Source: Lama glama (lineage: Eukaryota). From it: 64,000 nt of DNA. Under the pieces are notes generated by a model. The model was not told the DNA's origin and did not search any database. It saw nothing but the letters and a program-made list of their open reading frames with translations. A program made the translations under genes and the position numbers. Positions 12,381-23,801 of this stretch are shown piece by piece (position 1 is the stretch's first letter; each line of letters begins with the position of its first letter). The DNA lies in the NCBI GenBank assembly GCA_028534125.1, contig CM052832.1:17486001-17550000 (forward strand), given 5' to 3'.

Positions 12381-12957
12381 CTTGAATTAAGAAAAGGATG
12401 GACAGAAATCTCTTTATAGAAAATTATTATCTAATAAATATAGATGAAATTATAAAAGTAAGAATTCACTATTTTGCAGTCCCCAGTATAAAAATTGATT
12501 CAAGCAAAAATCATCAGTGAGTGCTAAAACCTTTGGGGAATAGAATATTTGCATAGTTTGAAATTATTACCCCATGAATATTAATTACAGTGGAAAAAAT
12601 ATGTTTTCAAATGGATGGATCTGGTGGTCACTGCCTTAACTAAGTAATCTATTTTAGCATTATCTACAATGAAATAACTTGATAACTTGATGTACCTTGT
12701 GATATGACACAATAAGTACACGTCACTTATGGAATATTCTTCCAAAAATGTTTAACCAGAATCTACTTGTAAAGAAACAATCAGTCAAATTCCTAATGTG
12801 GGATATTCTATGACAACTAGCTCTGACTTTTTAAAATTTAGTGTCATTAAAAAAGCAGGAAGTGATTTTAGATTAAAAGAAGCAAGAGAGATATAACAGC
12901 CAAACACAATGTGTAAGTATTGATTGGACCATGGACTTAGAAAAACCCCAGAAAACA

Positions 12958-13185
12958 CAGGTGACCTTTGAACAACTCCAGAGAAGGGGTGAAGGGTTAG
13001 GGGCAGTGACTTTCTGCACAGCTGAAAATACTCAGTCCTCCCTATATGTGATTCTTCCGTATTACCTTCTACATTTGCAGATTCAACCAGGGGATTATAT
13101 AGTACTGTAATATTTACTATTGAAAAAAATCCACCCATAAGTGGACCCCCAAGGCTCAAACCAATGTTGTTTAAGAGTCAACTGT
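12958..13185. mobile_element. Non-autonomous Tigger2-like element
   Basis: Inverted termini caggtgacctttgaacaac ... gttgtttaagagtcaactg followed by TA. Confidence 0.7.
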
Positions 13186-13774
13186 ATATTTTGGGGACAA
13201 TTGGGTAAATTTAATTTTAAACCATATACTAGATGATTAGTGTAAGAAGATAATATTTTCACCCAATGTAGTTATCTGATTTGATTGGCTTTTTTTCCTA
13301 TCCATAACACACTGGGTTAATGTTTTCAACATTTGGTCTAAAACAACTGTCAGCTTTCTTCCTGGGTTAAACAGCTCGTTAGTCCCTATTAGATAATTTG
13401 CATACCCCTCACCTCAAATACTTACTCTTAATTGTTCACACTGAAACTCATTTACAATTTTCTTCCAATTATCACAGTTTAGGACCAATTCCTTTAATGT
13501 GCTTCCATTGTTATTCCCCAAAACAGAAATCACAGAGATGCACATCAACTCCTGTCCAATGGAGATAGTCAGTTTCTTTTGTATGGCTCTGGCTTTATTC
13601 TTCTTAGCATTTTAAATTTCTCTTCTTAATCTCTCTTGCACTCCTCTTTCAAATTCAATGAAGACTTTTGTTCTTCTAATAGTCATTCTATTTCAGTAGA
13701 ATGTTTTGAGGTTTAGCTATGGTTTGTGCAGTGATTGCTTATATTAATTTCCAAATGTACCTATTTACCCCTAG

Positions 13775-13922
13775 GTCCCACAGGGTGCATATGGGCAGGA
13801 AGTTCCTATGGAAGAAATGACAACTCTGGATACTACAAAGGAGTCCTTAAGTACCCATCTGCAGTCTCTAGAAGACAGAATGGAATGTGAATCCCCAGAG
13901 CCACACCTCCTTCAAGATAATG
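13775..13922 (+). CDS. SCAND3: SCAND3/ZBED9 coding exon 2 (linker)
   Basis: Acceptor ccctag|GTCCCA; VPQGAYGQEVPMEEMTTLD...LLQDN; donor G|GTGAGG; 148 nt, keeps the frame between exons 1 and 3. Confidence 0.85.
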
Positions 13923-14818
13923 GTGAGGCTAATGTAGTCTCTGGAAAGAGGATGAGATTTGGGAGAGGGAAGGGTCCAGTAGTTGAAAGGCTGTCAAACC
14001 TCTTTCCATTGCAGCTTCTACTGAATATAGCTGAAGGAAAGGCTGACCAGTGTAGTACAGTGCTATTAAAGAGTTGAATTAAGCAGTCAGGTAATAATGT
14101 AAAAAATAGTTGAACACATGATTTTTCATGGATATTTTGCAATGGAATTAAGTGCCTGTGGATAAATCAGCGATGGCTTTCTATATTAATGTTGACCACT
14201 TGTCATTGTAGTCACAGGTCACATTTCTATAGCCTCTGCTCCCAATTCTTGTCACATATGACTGTTTAAGACTTGAAAATACTACTTGGAAGTTCTACTG
14301 AAGAAAATGGAATTTCTGAGCTCTATGTCCATTAACGATCTAAGGACTCTTAACAGTGTTGTGGATGGTGGAGGCAGGAGCATAGGCTGGCCTGGTTCTG
14401 GAGCAGCTATCTTTTCCAAAAGGCTTAAGTATAACTGACACAATTTTTTTCTTTTATTATAGTCCTAGCATCTCCCTATTTTCTGCTTATCCTAGACCTA
14501 CTAATATTGACTCTACTAATTTCTGGAGCTCATATTCTCCTGGTTCTCATTTACATTGCCCTATATTTTTTCCCTCCCCCTAATTTATCGTATTTACCTT
14601 CCTTTGTGTTCATGGCTCCATAGCATGATACAAAATGTATCAGCATGGAAAGAAATACTATCTCTGTAATGGTCTTTTCAGTCACATTTTGAGATAGTGC
14701 TTATCATGAGTGTTGTCATCTTCGTTATAAGTTAATTAACAAATTTTTATCCAATATTTTTCTATGTAGTAGTGTGTTAGATAATGGAAAAGATACTAGA
14801 GAAAAAGGTGACCCCTGT

Positions 14819-15384
14819 TGTTACTGAGATATTGGCCCCCGTCTCTGACAAGCCAAATAACCCAGAGACAAGATCTTGGAGCTTAGAAGAAAAGAGGCAA
14901 TTTTATTGCTTTGCCGGGCAAAGGGGACTCATAGCAGGCTAGTGCCTTCAAAACTGTGAACCCACCTTGGGGATGGGGTGGGGTGGTTATATAGCCATAG
15001 CTCAAACAATAAAGCATCGATAATAATCAACAGAATCATCTTCTCATCAGAAGACAGAATGGCATCTAGGCGACCAATTCTCTAGAGGCTAGCAGTTAGG
15101 TTAGATCTCTTTATCTCGTAAGCACTCAAGGTGTGGTCTTCTTGGTAACTCAGGCTATTTTGTAAGGTTACAGTCCTGTGACCTTCTCCTTAGAGAAGGA
15201 CTCAGAGACCAAACATGATTATTACTTTCAATTACTGGAATAAAGTAGAAACAGTAAGATCAATAGCTTTAGTTTTGACAATGGGCCTGGAACTGTCAGT
15301 CAGATCAGTTGACCGTTTTAAGGGCAAGCATATGAATAAGCAATCTGTTAGCCTAAGTGCGGCCATTTTATTAATCCTCCTTCA
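14819..15384 (-). mobile_element. Solo ERV LTR (ERV1-like) in SCAND3 intron 2
   Basis: TG...CA termini (TGTTACTGAG...CCTTCA) flanked by 4-bp TSD CTGT (14815-14818, 15385-15388); minus-strand AATAAA near 14902. Confidence 0.8.
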
Positions 15385-16501
15385 CTGTCTCTTTAGTAAC
15401 TTACAATTGTGTTAGTTCCACATATGAAACAGTTAAAGAAGAAACTGTTACAGTGCTAGTTTGTGTTATGTATAGATTATGTTTTTAAGAAAGGAGAACT
15501 AACTGTAAGCTTAAATTAAATGATCAAGGAAATCTTGTTGAAGTAATTGAGAGTTAAGTAAAGCCAAAATACTCAGTAACATATTAATTTGAATGTAGTT
15601 TTGGAAATTATGAACATTTGAGAATGATTTAAATTTACCAGTTCAATTTGGAAGGCAAATTGGTAGTGTAAACAATGTTGACTTGAGAGAAAGTATTTTT
15701 TTCTAAGCAGCCGTAAGACTTCTAGAGGTAATATGCTAATTCTAAATTATTCTTTTTTTTTTAAAATAGTTTCCTTAAGACTAGCCAAGTTTGAATTATT
15801 CTAAATGCTTCTGTTATTATGAATATTCTAAACATTTATTTTAATATGCTATATTAAGTCAGAGATTTTTTCACTACTTCAGGTTCATCTGCTTCTTTTT
15901 TAATAATAACAATAAATTAGTTATTTGTGTTGAGTTTATAGTTTCACAAGAATGGAAAGGGAGCTGATGTAAATATATGATATTGAAACTCAAGTCCCAA
16001 GTGTTGCTACAACAGCTAACCTGACTGAATAAAACAAAATGTGGTATAGTTAAGGGCTTTTAAGAAATGTATTACTATATTTCTGAGGCTTCTCTAACCA
16101 ACCAACCAACCAAACAAAAAACCCAAAACAAAAAACACCAAAAAAGTTCTTATGTTGTTAATAAAGTTAATACATAGACGAAAAAATAATAAACGTTGGT
16201 TTGCTTCCTGTTTTACATAAAATTGTGCTTTACTTTAAGGCTAACTCTGGATACAGCTCTGGAAAGTCACATTCTGGCTTTCTACTCTTTACTCTATCAG
16301 AACTTTTTGTTCGTGGCTAGAGTTCTTCATTACCTTCTCTTTATTCCTCCAAGGGTAGTCTCCCTAACGAAAATTGTAGCCCTCCTCTTGTGTGTCCATA
16401 GCATCTACTTCTACTCCAAGCTCTAGTGGCTAATTGGGCAATGTATATATTTTAGATTATATTCCCAAATATACTAATTGATTTTTTCCTTTTTATTTTA
16501 G

Positions 16502-17997
16502 AGTCATTTTTGTGGCTTTCCATGATGTCTCAAAGCATGGGTGATGATAACTTCAGTAGCTTAGATACTAATGAAGCAGAAATTGAACCAGAAAACATGA
16601 GAGAAAAGTTTTTCAGAAGCTTGGCAGTATTACTGGAAAACAAAAGTAATAATACCAAGATATTTTCTAAAGCAAAATACTGTCAATTAATAAGGGAAGT
16701 GAAAGAAGCTAAAGCTAAGGCAAAAAAAGAATCAGTTGACTACCGTCGCTTGGCTAGATTTGATGTGATCCTTGTACAAGGGCATGAGAAGCTGATTGAG
16801 GCTATAAATGGGGAAACAGATAAAATACGGTATTATTTACACAGTGAAGACTTATTTGACATACTGCATGATACACATCTCAGCATTGGACATGGTGGAC
16901 GGACCCGCATGGAAAAAGAGTTACAAGCAAAATACAAGAACATCACAAAAGAAGTTATAATGCTATACTTGACACTCTGCAAACCATGCCAACAGAAAAA
17001 TTCAAAACTCAAGAAAGTTCTAACATCGAAGCCAATTAAAGAAGTTTACTCAAGATGCCAAGTGGATCTTATAGACATGCAATTGAATCCTGATGGGGAG
17101 TATAAATTTATTATGCATTATCAAGACCTTCGTACAAAGTTGAGTTTTTTGCGATCATTAAAATCTAAAAGACCTAAGGAGGTTGCACATGCTCTTTTAG
17201 ATATTTTTACAATTATTGGAGCACCGAGTGTCCTACAATCTGACAATGGGAGAGAATTTTCAAGCCAGATTGTCAGTGAACTCAGTAATATTTGGCCAGA
17301 ACTGAAAATTGTCCATGGGAAACCTCAGCCTTGCCAAAGTCAAAGTTCCGTAAATCAGACTAATGAGCATATCCAAAATCAGATTATCTCCTGGATGCAA
17401 ACTAATAATTCATCACACTGGGCTGAATTTTTGTGGTTTATTCAGATGACCCAAAATCAACCCTATCACAGAGGCATGCAGCAGACTCCATGTGAAGGTA
17501 CATTTATCTCTGAAGCTAAACTGGGCCTTCCTCATTCTCAGTTAACTGAAGAACTTGTTGCAAGTCTGAACACAGAAAATGAATCAGACCAGACTGACAA
17601 AGAATTTGAAAATACTCAAAGAGCCCAGTATGAAGAAAACATTGAGACAGGCACAGATAGTAGTGATATTGAAGAGAATCTTTCTATTACTCCTAAGATG
17701 GCCCAAAAAACTCCTCCTGAAAGCAGACTGAATTTTTTATCATGTGTAGTTTGTGAGAAAGAATGTACAGGTGCTAATAGTTGTGTATCATGTGATAGAG
17801 GTGTCCACGCAGTCTGTGGAGTGCCCTCTCAACATGAGACTGAGGGTTATTGTCATAGAGTAACTTGTAGTCTTTGCTGTGAGACCACGACAACGAAAAG
17901 GAAACATGATGAAATTTCAAAAAGTTTGACTGCTCAACCTTCCAAAATGTTGAAGCCATCAGAGACACCATTTTCACCAGACAAAGTAGGAGATTGG
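16502..17997 (+). CDS. SCAND3: SCAND3/ZBED9 coding exon 3 (HHCC zinc motif, KRBA2-like integrase core, Cys-rich C-terminus)
   Basis: Acceptor tttag|AG; HLSIGHGG...CKPC, QVDLIDM, LQSDNGREF, CVVC..CVSC..H..C..CSLC; donor TGG|GTAAGA. Confidence 0.95.
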
Positions 17998-18645
17998 GTA
18001 AGAGTTTGAGTGTCTGCTGTAGATCAAAGCAGGAGAGGAGCCTTATTACACTTTACTCTGATCACGATGAGTGAGAATTTTTTGACATGGTATGCCAAAG
18101 GACACTATGGCCATCTTGGATATATTTTCTCCAAAGAAAGGCCAATTAATTGTTTTAATGCTCTCTCTCCACTCCTTTTTTCAAGTTGAAAGTTATAACT
18201 TTGGATGCTGCTTTATTTATTATTCTGGGGTGGGGACAGTAGTATCTCTTTTACATTATTCCGATGTCAGACATTTCTTTGGGGAATGAGAAAGCTAGAA
18301 TCCAGGGGGTAACTGGTATGCATGCTGTATGTTTCTACAGAAGGATAAATTTGGGAACAGATGAATTTAACGTTACTTTGTTTTAATTGTATGTGAGTTT
18401 GGGTGAGGAGATAAGCTAAGAAAGGGCATCTCAGCTCAAGTGAAGAAATATTTAGGAAGGGCAGGAGATGATAAATTTGGTTGGGAGATAATGAGCTTGT
18501 GTTGGGAAAGATTTTAGTTTTCTGATTTAAATGGAGAGTGTGAAATAAGGCCAAAGAGATTTTCAGTCAGCAGATTTCATGAAGTAGAGCTAATGTATGT
18601 TCAGGTTAATGTTTTGAAATACGCAGGTTACACATGATTTGGGTG

Positions 18646-19056
18646 AGTGATACTCAGTGTGATCTTCAGACCAGTTTTGGTCTGCAAACTATTTATACTG
18701 GTCCATAATAAGGTACAAACTGAGAGTATTTGGAAACTTAAAACAATTTGACATTGCTGCAATACCCAAGCACATGATTCATGAACTCATCTTTTCAAAT
18801 AGAGTATTTAATTTGGGTGTTAAACTCTCAAAGTGAGTCAGTAGGAGCTGTACATTAGTTAAGTACAGTAGGTTCAGATTACAATGTGTAATGTGCTGTG
18901 GTTAGCTTGTCAGCTGTAACCCAAAAGTATGTAAAACTCTGAGAAAATGTAAGCATTTATTTATCTTTATAACTTAATTTAAAAATCATTTTATGTTTTT
19001 AATCAAGCCTAGTTTTTTTATTTCTAGTTTGACATTATTAGATAAAGAAGGAAAGT
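18646..19056 (+). mobile_element. 5' terminal remnant of a Charlie (hAT) element upstream of the transposase exon
   Basis: agtgatactcagtgtgatcttcagaccagttttggtctgcaaactattt...caatttgacattgctgcaatacccaagcacatg resembles the Charlie10-type left end as recalled. Confidence 0.55.
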
Positions 19057-19072
19057 AAAATTTGTATTACTT

Positions 19073-19550
19073 TTTTTTTTTTGCTTTTTTAAAATTTTAT
19101 TTTTTATTGAAGTGTCGATTTTCAATGTTAGTTTCCGGTGTACAGCAAAGCAATTCAGTTATACATATACATACATATATGTATATTTTTCAAATTCTTT
19201 TCCATTATATGTTATTACAAGAAATTGAACATAGTTCCCTGTGCTATATAGTAGGTCCTTGTCATTTATCTATTTTACATATAGTAATGTGTATCTGTTA
19301 ATTCCAAACTCCTAATTTATCCCTCCCTCACCCTTTCCCTTTGGTAACCATAGTTTGTTTTCTATGTCTATGAGTCTATTTTTGGTTTGTAAATAAATTT
19401 ATATCACTTTTTTAAGATTGCACATATAAGTGATATCATGTAATATCTGTCTTTCTCTGACTTACTTCACTCAGTATGGTAATCTCTAGGTCCATCCATG
19501 TTGCTGCAAATGGCATTATTTCATTTTTATGGCTGAGTAATATTCCATCA

Positions 19551-19601
<51 letters not shown>

Positions 19602-19951
19602 CTTCTTTATCCATTCGTCTCTCCATGGACATTTAGGTTATTTCCCTGTCTTGGCTATTGTAGATAGTGCTACTGCAAACATTGGGATGCATGTGTCTTT
19701 TCAAATTATAGTTTTCTCTGGATATATGCCGAGGAGTAGGATTGCTGGATCATATGGTAAGTCTATTTTTCATTTTTTAAGGAACCTCCATAGTGGCTAC
19801 ACCAATTTATATTCCCACCAACAGTGTAGGAGGGTTCCTTTTTCTCCACACCCTCTCCAACATTTATTTTTTTGTAGGCTTTTTAATGATGGCCATTTTG
19901 ACTAGTGTGAAATGATATCTCATTGTAGTTTTGATTTGCATTTCTCTAATA
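19073..19951 (-). mobile_element. 5'-truncated antisense L1 with TSD; contains (CA)n at about 19553-19600
   Basis: Poly-T followed by the reverse of an L1 3' UTR and ORF2 end; TSD AAAATTTGTATT(A/G)CTT at 19057-19072 and 19952-19967. Confidence 0.85.
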
Positions 19952-19988
19952 AAAATTTGTATTGCTTATTTTTAATTCTAATTTGCAG

Positions 19989-21905
19989 ATGGCAAAACAA
20001 GCTTCATTGGACTTTTTTGTAAAGAAAAGGCACTCCTTTTCTGAATACGGCAGTAGTAGTAAAAGAAATGGTAACAATGGAAGTCATCCTGAAGAACTGA
20101 AAACCAAAAGAGTTCATGCTAGTTTTACCCGGAAGTATGATCCTTCATATATCGAGTTTGGTTTTGTAGCTGTTATTGATGGTGAAGTGCTGAAACCACA
20201 ATGTATTATTTGTGGAGATGTACTGGCTAATGAAGCAATGAAACCATCGAAACTTAAGCGGCATCTATATTCAAAACATAAAGAAATAAGTTCACAACCA
20301 AAAGAATTCTTTGAAAGAAAGAGTAGTGAATTGAAAAGCCAACCAAAACAGGTGTTCAATGTTTCTCATATAAACATTAGTGCTTTGCGGGCTTCTTATA
20401 AAGTAGCACTTCCGGTGGCTAAGTCTAAAACACCATACACAATTGCCGAGACCCTAGTGAAGGACTGCATCAAAGAAGTTTGCTTGGAAATGTTGGGTGA
20501 ATCAGCAGCAAAGAAGGTAGCTCAAGTACCACTTTCCAATGACACCATAGCGCGACGTATTCAGGAACTGGCTAATGATATGGAAGATCAACTCATAGAA
20601 CAAATAAAACTAGCCAAGTATTTTTCATTGCAACTTGATGAATGCAGAGATATTGCTAACATGATCATTCTTTTAGTATATGTGAGATTTGAACATGATG
20701 ATGATATAAAGGAAGAATTCTTCTTTTCTGCCTCTTTACCAACAAACACAACTAGCTCAGAACTGTATGAAGCTGTGAAGAATTATGTTGTCAACAAATG
20801 TGGTTTGGAATTTAAGTTTTGTGTGGGAGTGTGCTCTGATGGTGCAGCTTCAATGACAGGAAAACATTCTGAAGTGGTCACCCAGATTAAAGAACTTGCA
20901 CCAGAATGTAAAATAACACATTGCTTCATTCATCGAGAAAGTCTTGCCATGAAAAAAATATCACCTGAACTAAATAGTGTGCTTACTGACATAGTAAAAA
21001 TTGTGAATTATGTAAAATCTAATGCATTAAGCTCAAGATTATTCTCTTTATTATGTGATAATATGGAAGTTGATCATAAGCAACTCTTGCTGCATGCTGA
21101 GATACGGTGGTTATCACGGGGAAAAGTTCTATCAAGAATGTTTGAAATACGAAATGAACTCTTAGTATTCCTGCAAAGCAAGAAACCAGTTTGGTCCCAG
21201 CTTTTCAAAGATGTGAATTGGACAGCCAGACTTGCTTATTTATCTGATATCTTCAGTATTTTTAATGATCTTAATGTGTGCATGCAAGGAAAGAATGCAA
21301 CATGTTTTTCAATGGCAGTTAAGATTGAAGGACAAAAACAAAAGTTAGAAGCTTGGAAAAAAAGAGTTTCTACCAATTGTTATGATATGTTCCATAATTT
21401 AACAACAATTATAAATGAAGTAGGTAATGATCTTGATATTGCACATCTGCAAAAAGTTATCAATGATCATCTTACAAATTTGTTAGATTGTTTTGAATTG
21501 TATTTTCCATCGAAAGAAGATCCACGCATAGGAAATTCATGGATACAAAATCCATTTCTTTCATCAAAAGATAATTTAAATTTAACTGTAACCCTACAGG
21601 ATAAGTTGTTGAAGCTGGCTACTGATGAAGGATTGAAAATGAATTTTGAAAATACAGCATCACTTGCTTCATTTTGGATAAAAGTTAAAAATGAATACCC
21701 TGAACTTTCTGAGATTGCTTTAAAATCTCTTCTTCTTTTCCCCTCAACATACCTCTGTGAGACTGGGTTCTCTACTTTAAGTGTTATTAAAACAAAACAT
21801 AGAAACAGTTTAAATATACATTATCCCCTGAGAGTAGCATTGTCATCAATCCAACCTAGATTAGACAAATTAACAAGCAAGAAGCAAGCTCACTTATCAC
21901 ATTAA
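19989..21905 (+). CDS. SCAND3: SCAND3/ZBED9 coding exon 4 (BED-like zinc finger and hAT/Buster transposase)
   Basis: Acceptor ttgcag|ATG; CIIC...HLYSKH, LQLDE, CSDG, CFIH, RWLS, CETGFS, ends KKQAHLSH*. Four exons total 3981 nt = 1326 aa plus stop. Confidence 0.96.
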   Translation: MAKQASLDFFVKKRHSFSEYGSSSKRNGNNGSHPEELKTKRVHASFTRKYDPSYIEFGFVAVIDGEVLKPQCIICGDVLANEAMKPSKLKRHLYSKHKEISSQPKEFFERKSSELKSQPKQVFNVSHINISALRASYKVALPVAKSKTPYTIAETLVKDCIKEVCLEMLGESAAKKVAQVPLSNDTIARRIQELANDMEDQLIEQIKLAKYFSLQLDECRDIANMIILLVYVRFEHDDDIKEEFFFSASLPTNTTSSELYEAVKNYVVNKCGLEFKFCVGVCSDGAASMTGKHSEVVTQIKELAPECKITHCFIHRESLAMKKISPELNSVLTDIVKIVNYVKSNALSSRLFSLLCDNMEVDHKQLLLHAEIRWLSRGKVLSRMFEIRNELLVFLQSKKPVWSQLFKDVNWTARLAYLSDIFSIFNDLNVCMQGKNATCFSMAVKIEGQKQKLEAWKKRVSTNCYDMFHNLTTIINEVGNDLDIAHLQKVINDHLTNLLDCFELYFPSKEDPRIGNSWIQNPFLSSKDNLNLTVTLQDKLLKLATDEGLKMNFENTASLASFWIKVKNEYPELSEIALKSLLLFPSTYLCETGFSTLSVIKTKHRNSLNIHYPLRVALSSIQPRLDKLTSKKQAHLSH

Positions 21906-23727
21906 AACTTTAAATATTGATTTATAAGGTGTTACTTCAAAGTATGTATATAGGCATTATGGGAGTATGAAAAGTATGATTAAATTACCAATTCTCTACA
22001 TAATTGCCTATATGTACACTTTCAGCTAAGAAAGTGTATAGTTTTTATAATCCTTTTATTTCTCCCTGTTATATTTGTTATATTTATTAAGATGTAATTT
22101 TAAATCTGTTAATTCTAATATTAAAAAATTTGGTCTTGTATTTTGTATGTCTTTTTATTATTGTATTTCATTAGGATATTAAGATTGTAAGATGACTTCA
22201 GGATGGGGAATAATTTCTTTGAAATGGCGGACTTGATCAGTGAAGGGAAGTGAATTCAAGGGGTAGAATTAGAATTCAAATGCAAGGGAGGGGGTCAATA
22301 AGATGATAAGCTTGTTAAGCTGATCCTTAGTGGTTTGGTTGGAAGTTGATAATAAGTTTGTTTTGTAGGTGCATGTTTAGACACAGTGTGTAAGTAGGTA
22401 AGTGTAGGGGGAAACTGTCAATACTTACAAAAGCCCAAATGGGAAACAACCCAAATATCCATTCACAGAATAAAATGTACTATGTTTATTCAACAGCTGG
22501 AATACATTGGTGAAAATTAGTTATTGTGGAGGGAATTCTGGGGGGTGATGAAATATTCTATATCCTGTTTGTGGTGGTGTTTACTATTAGCCATATGCAA
22601 AGCTGTCAATCAAGATCTCAGATGAGGGTTGTACAGGGGAGTACTACATTGTTTTTACTCAGTTAACTGCGATTTCATCTTTCATCCTTTCCCATACTCA
22701 GCCCAAATACATAGCAACAATATACTGACTGAATTTCCACAGTTCCCACACTACCCCAGCTTATTTTTACAAAATTGATACTCATGTTTCCCAAGCTGTG
22801 AGCTTAAAAGCCACAAAATGGAACATTTTCAGCAGAGACAAGGAGGAGATGAACAAATTTTTAAAAAGAAAAAAGAAAAATCTTTAAAAGGAAAAAAGAA
22901 CAAAAAGAGACAATGCTGGATGGTAGTTGTGATAAATTATTATTATTTAGAAGTATTCACTGCCTCTTCTAGGGGTAAGTTTATATTGTCCCACTCCACA
23001 GACATCAGATTTGACTCATTTACTTCACTCTGGATTATGAAATGTGAGCAGAATTGACATGTTATTTTTGGATACAAACCCAGGAACAGTCCTTGATTTG
23101 CCATTCCTTTTTCTTCCTCTGTCAAGAGACCATCAGTGTTTCAGGTAGAGGTGACTCCATCATTCTGGGCAGAGTCATGACGGACAAATAACACGAGTAG
23201 GGAGTATACCTTTGTGGCTGCAAGCCACTGTGATTCTGGGGGCTTGTTTCCACAGCACTGAGACAACGCTGCACTGACAGTGTGATTGAATTAGTATCAG
23301 AAGATGAGTTTGTCTTAACCCCAGTGCTTTACTATCTGAGCAAACCTGAACAAGTCCTTACATTTTTTTGGAGTTGAACATGAAATAGGAATGATAAGAA
23401 TATGCTCAGCGTTTGGGGTTGTCATTGTTGTTCAAAGAGGAAAGAAATATAGAAGCTTCCGGTAAATTCTGAAGTGCTATAAAATGTAAGGTATTTAGAA
23501 TATTTTCACTCAAATTCTGGTCTCAAATGTGTCTGTGGCTTCGTTTTAGCTCATGTGTTGCTGTGAGGCATAGTAATCATCACACTGTCAAGACCTTTAT
23601 TCAGTCACTGAAATGCACACAAACTGCTTGTATGTATATGAATGAAACAGGAAAAGAGCTGGATATTTCTCAAAAAAGAAAAATGATGAATTAAATAAAA
23701 GTTAATTTTGAGAGGTGTAGTCTGTCA

Positions 23728-23801
23728 GGCTCCATGGCTTAGTTGGTTAAAGCACCTGTCTTGTAAACAGGAGATCCTGGGTTCAAATCCCAGTGGGGCC
23801 T
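23728..23801 (+). tRNA. tRNA-Thr, anticodon TGT (possibly a weak or silent copy)
   Basis: GGCTCCATGGCTTAGTTGGTTAAAGCACCTGTCTTGTAAACAGGAGATCCTGGGTTCAAATCCCAGTGGGGCCT, 74 nt; stems pair; T4 at 23814-23817; no CpG in the gene body. Confidence 0.85.

Noticed and set aside
19962..21905. 647-aa ORF as a stand-alone active transposase gene
   Set aside because: The first 9 codons are intronic and a good acceptor precedes 19989; no intact TIR pair seen; it is the last exon of SCAND3
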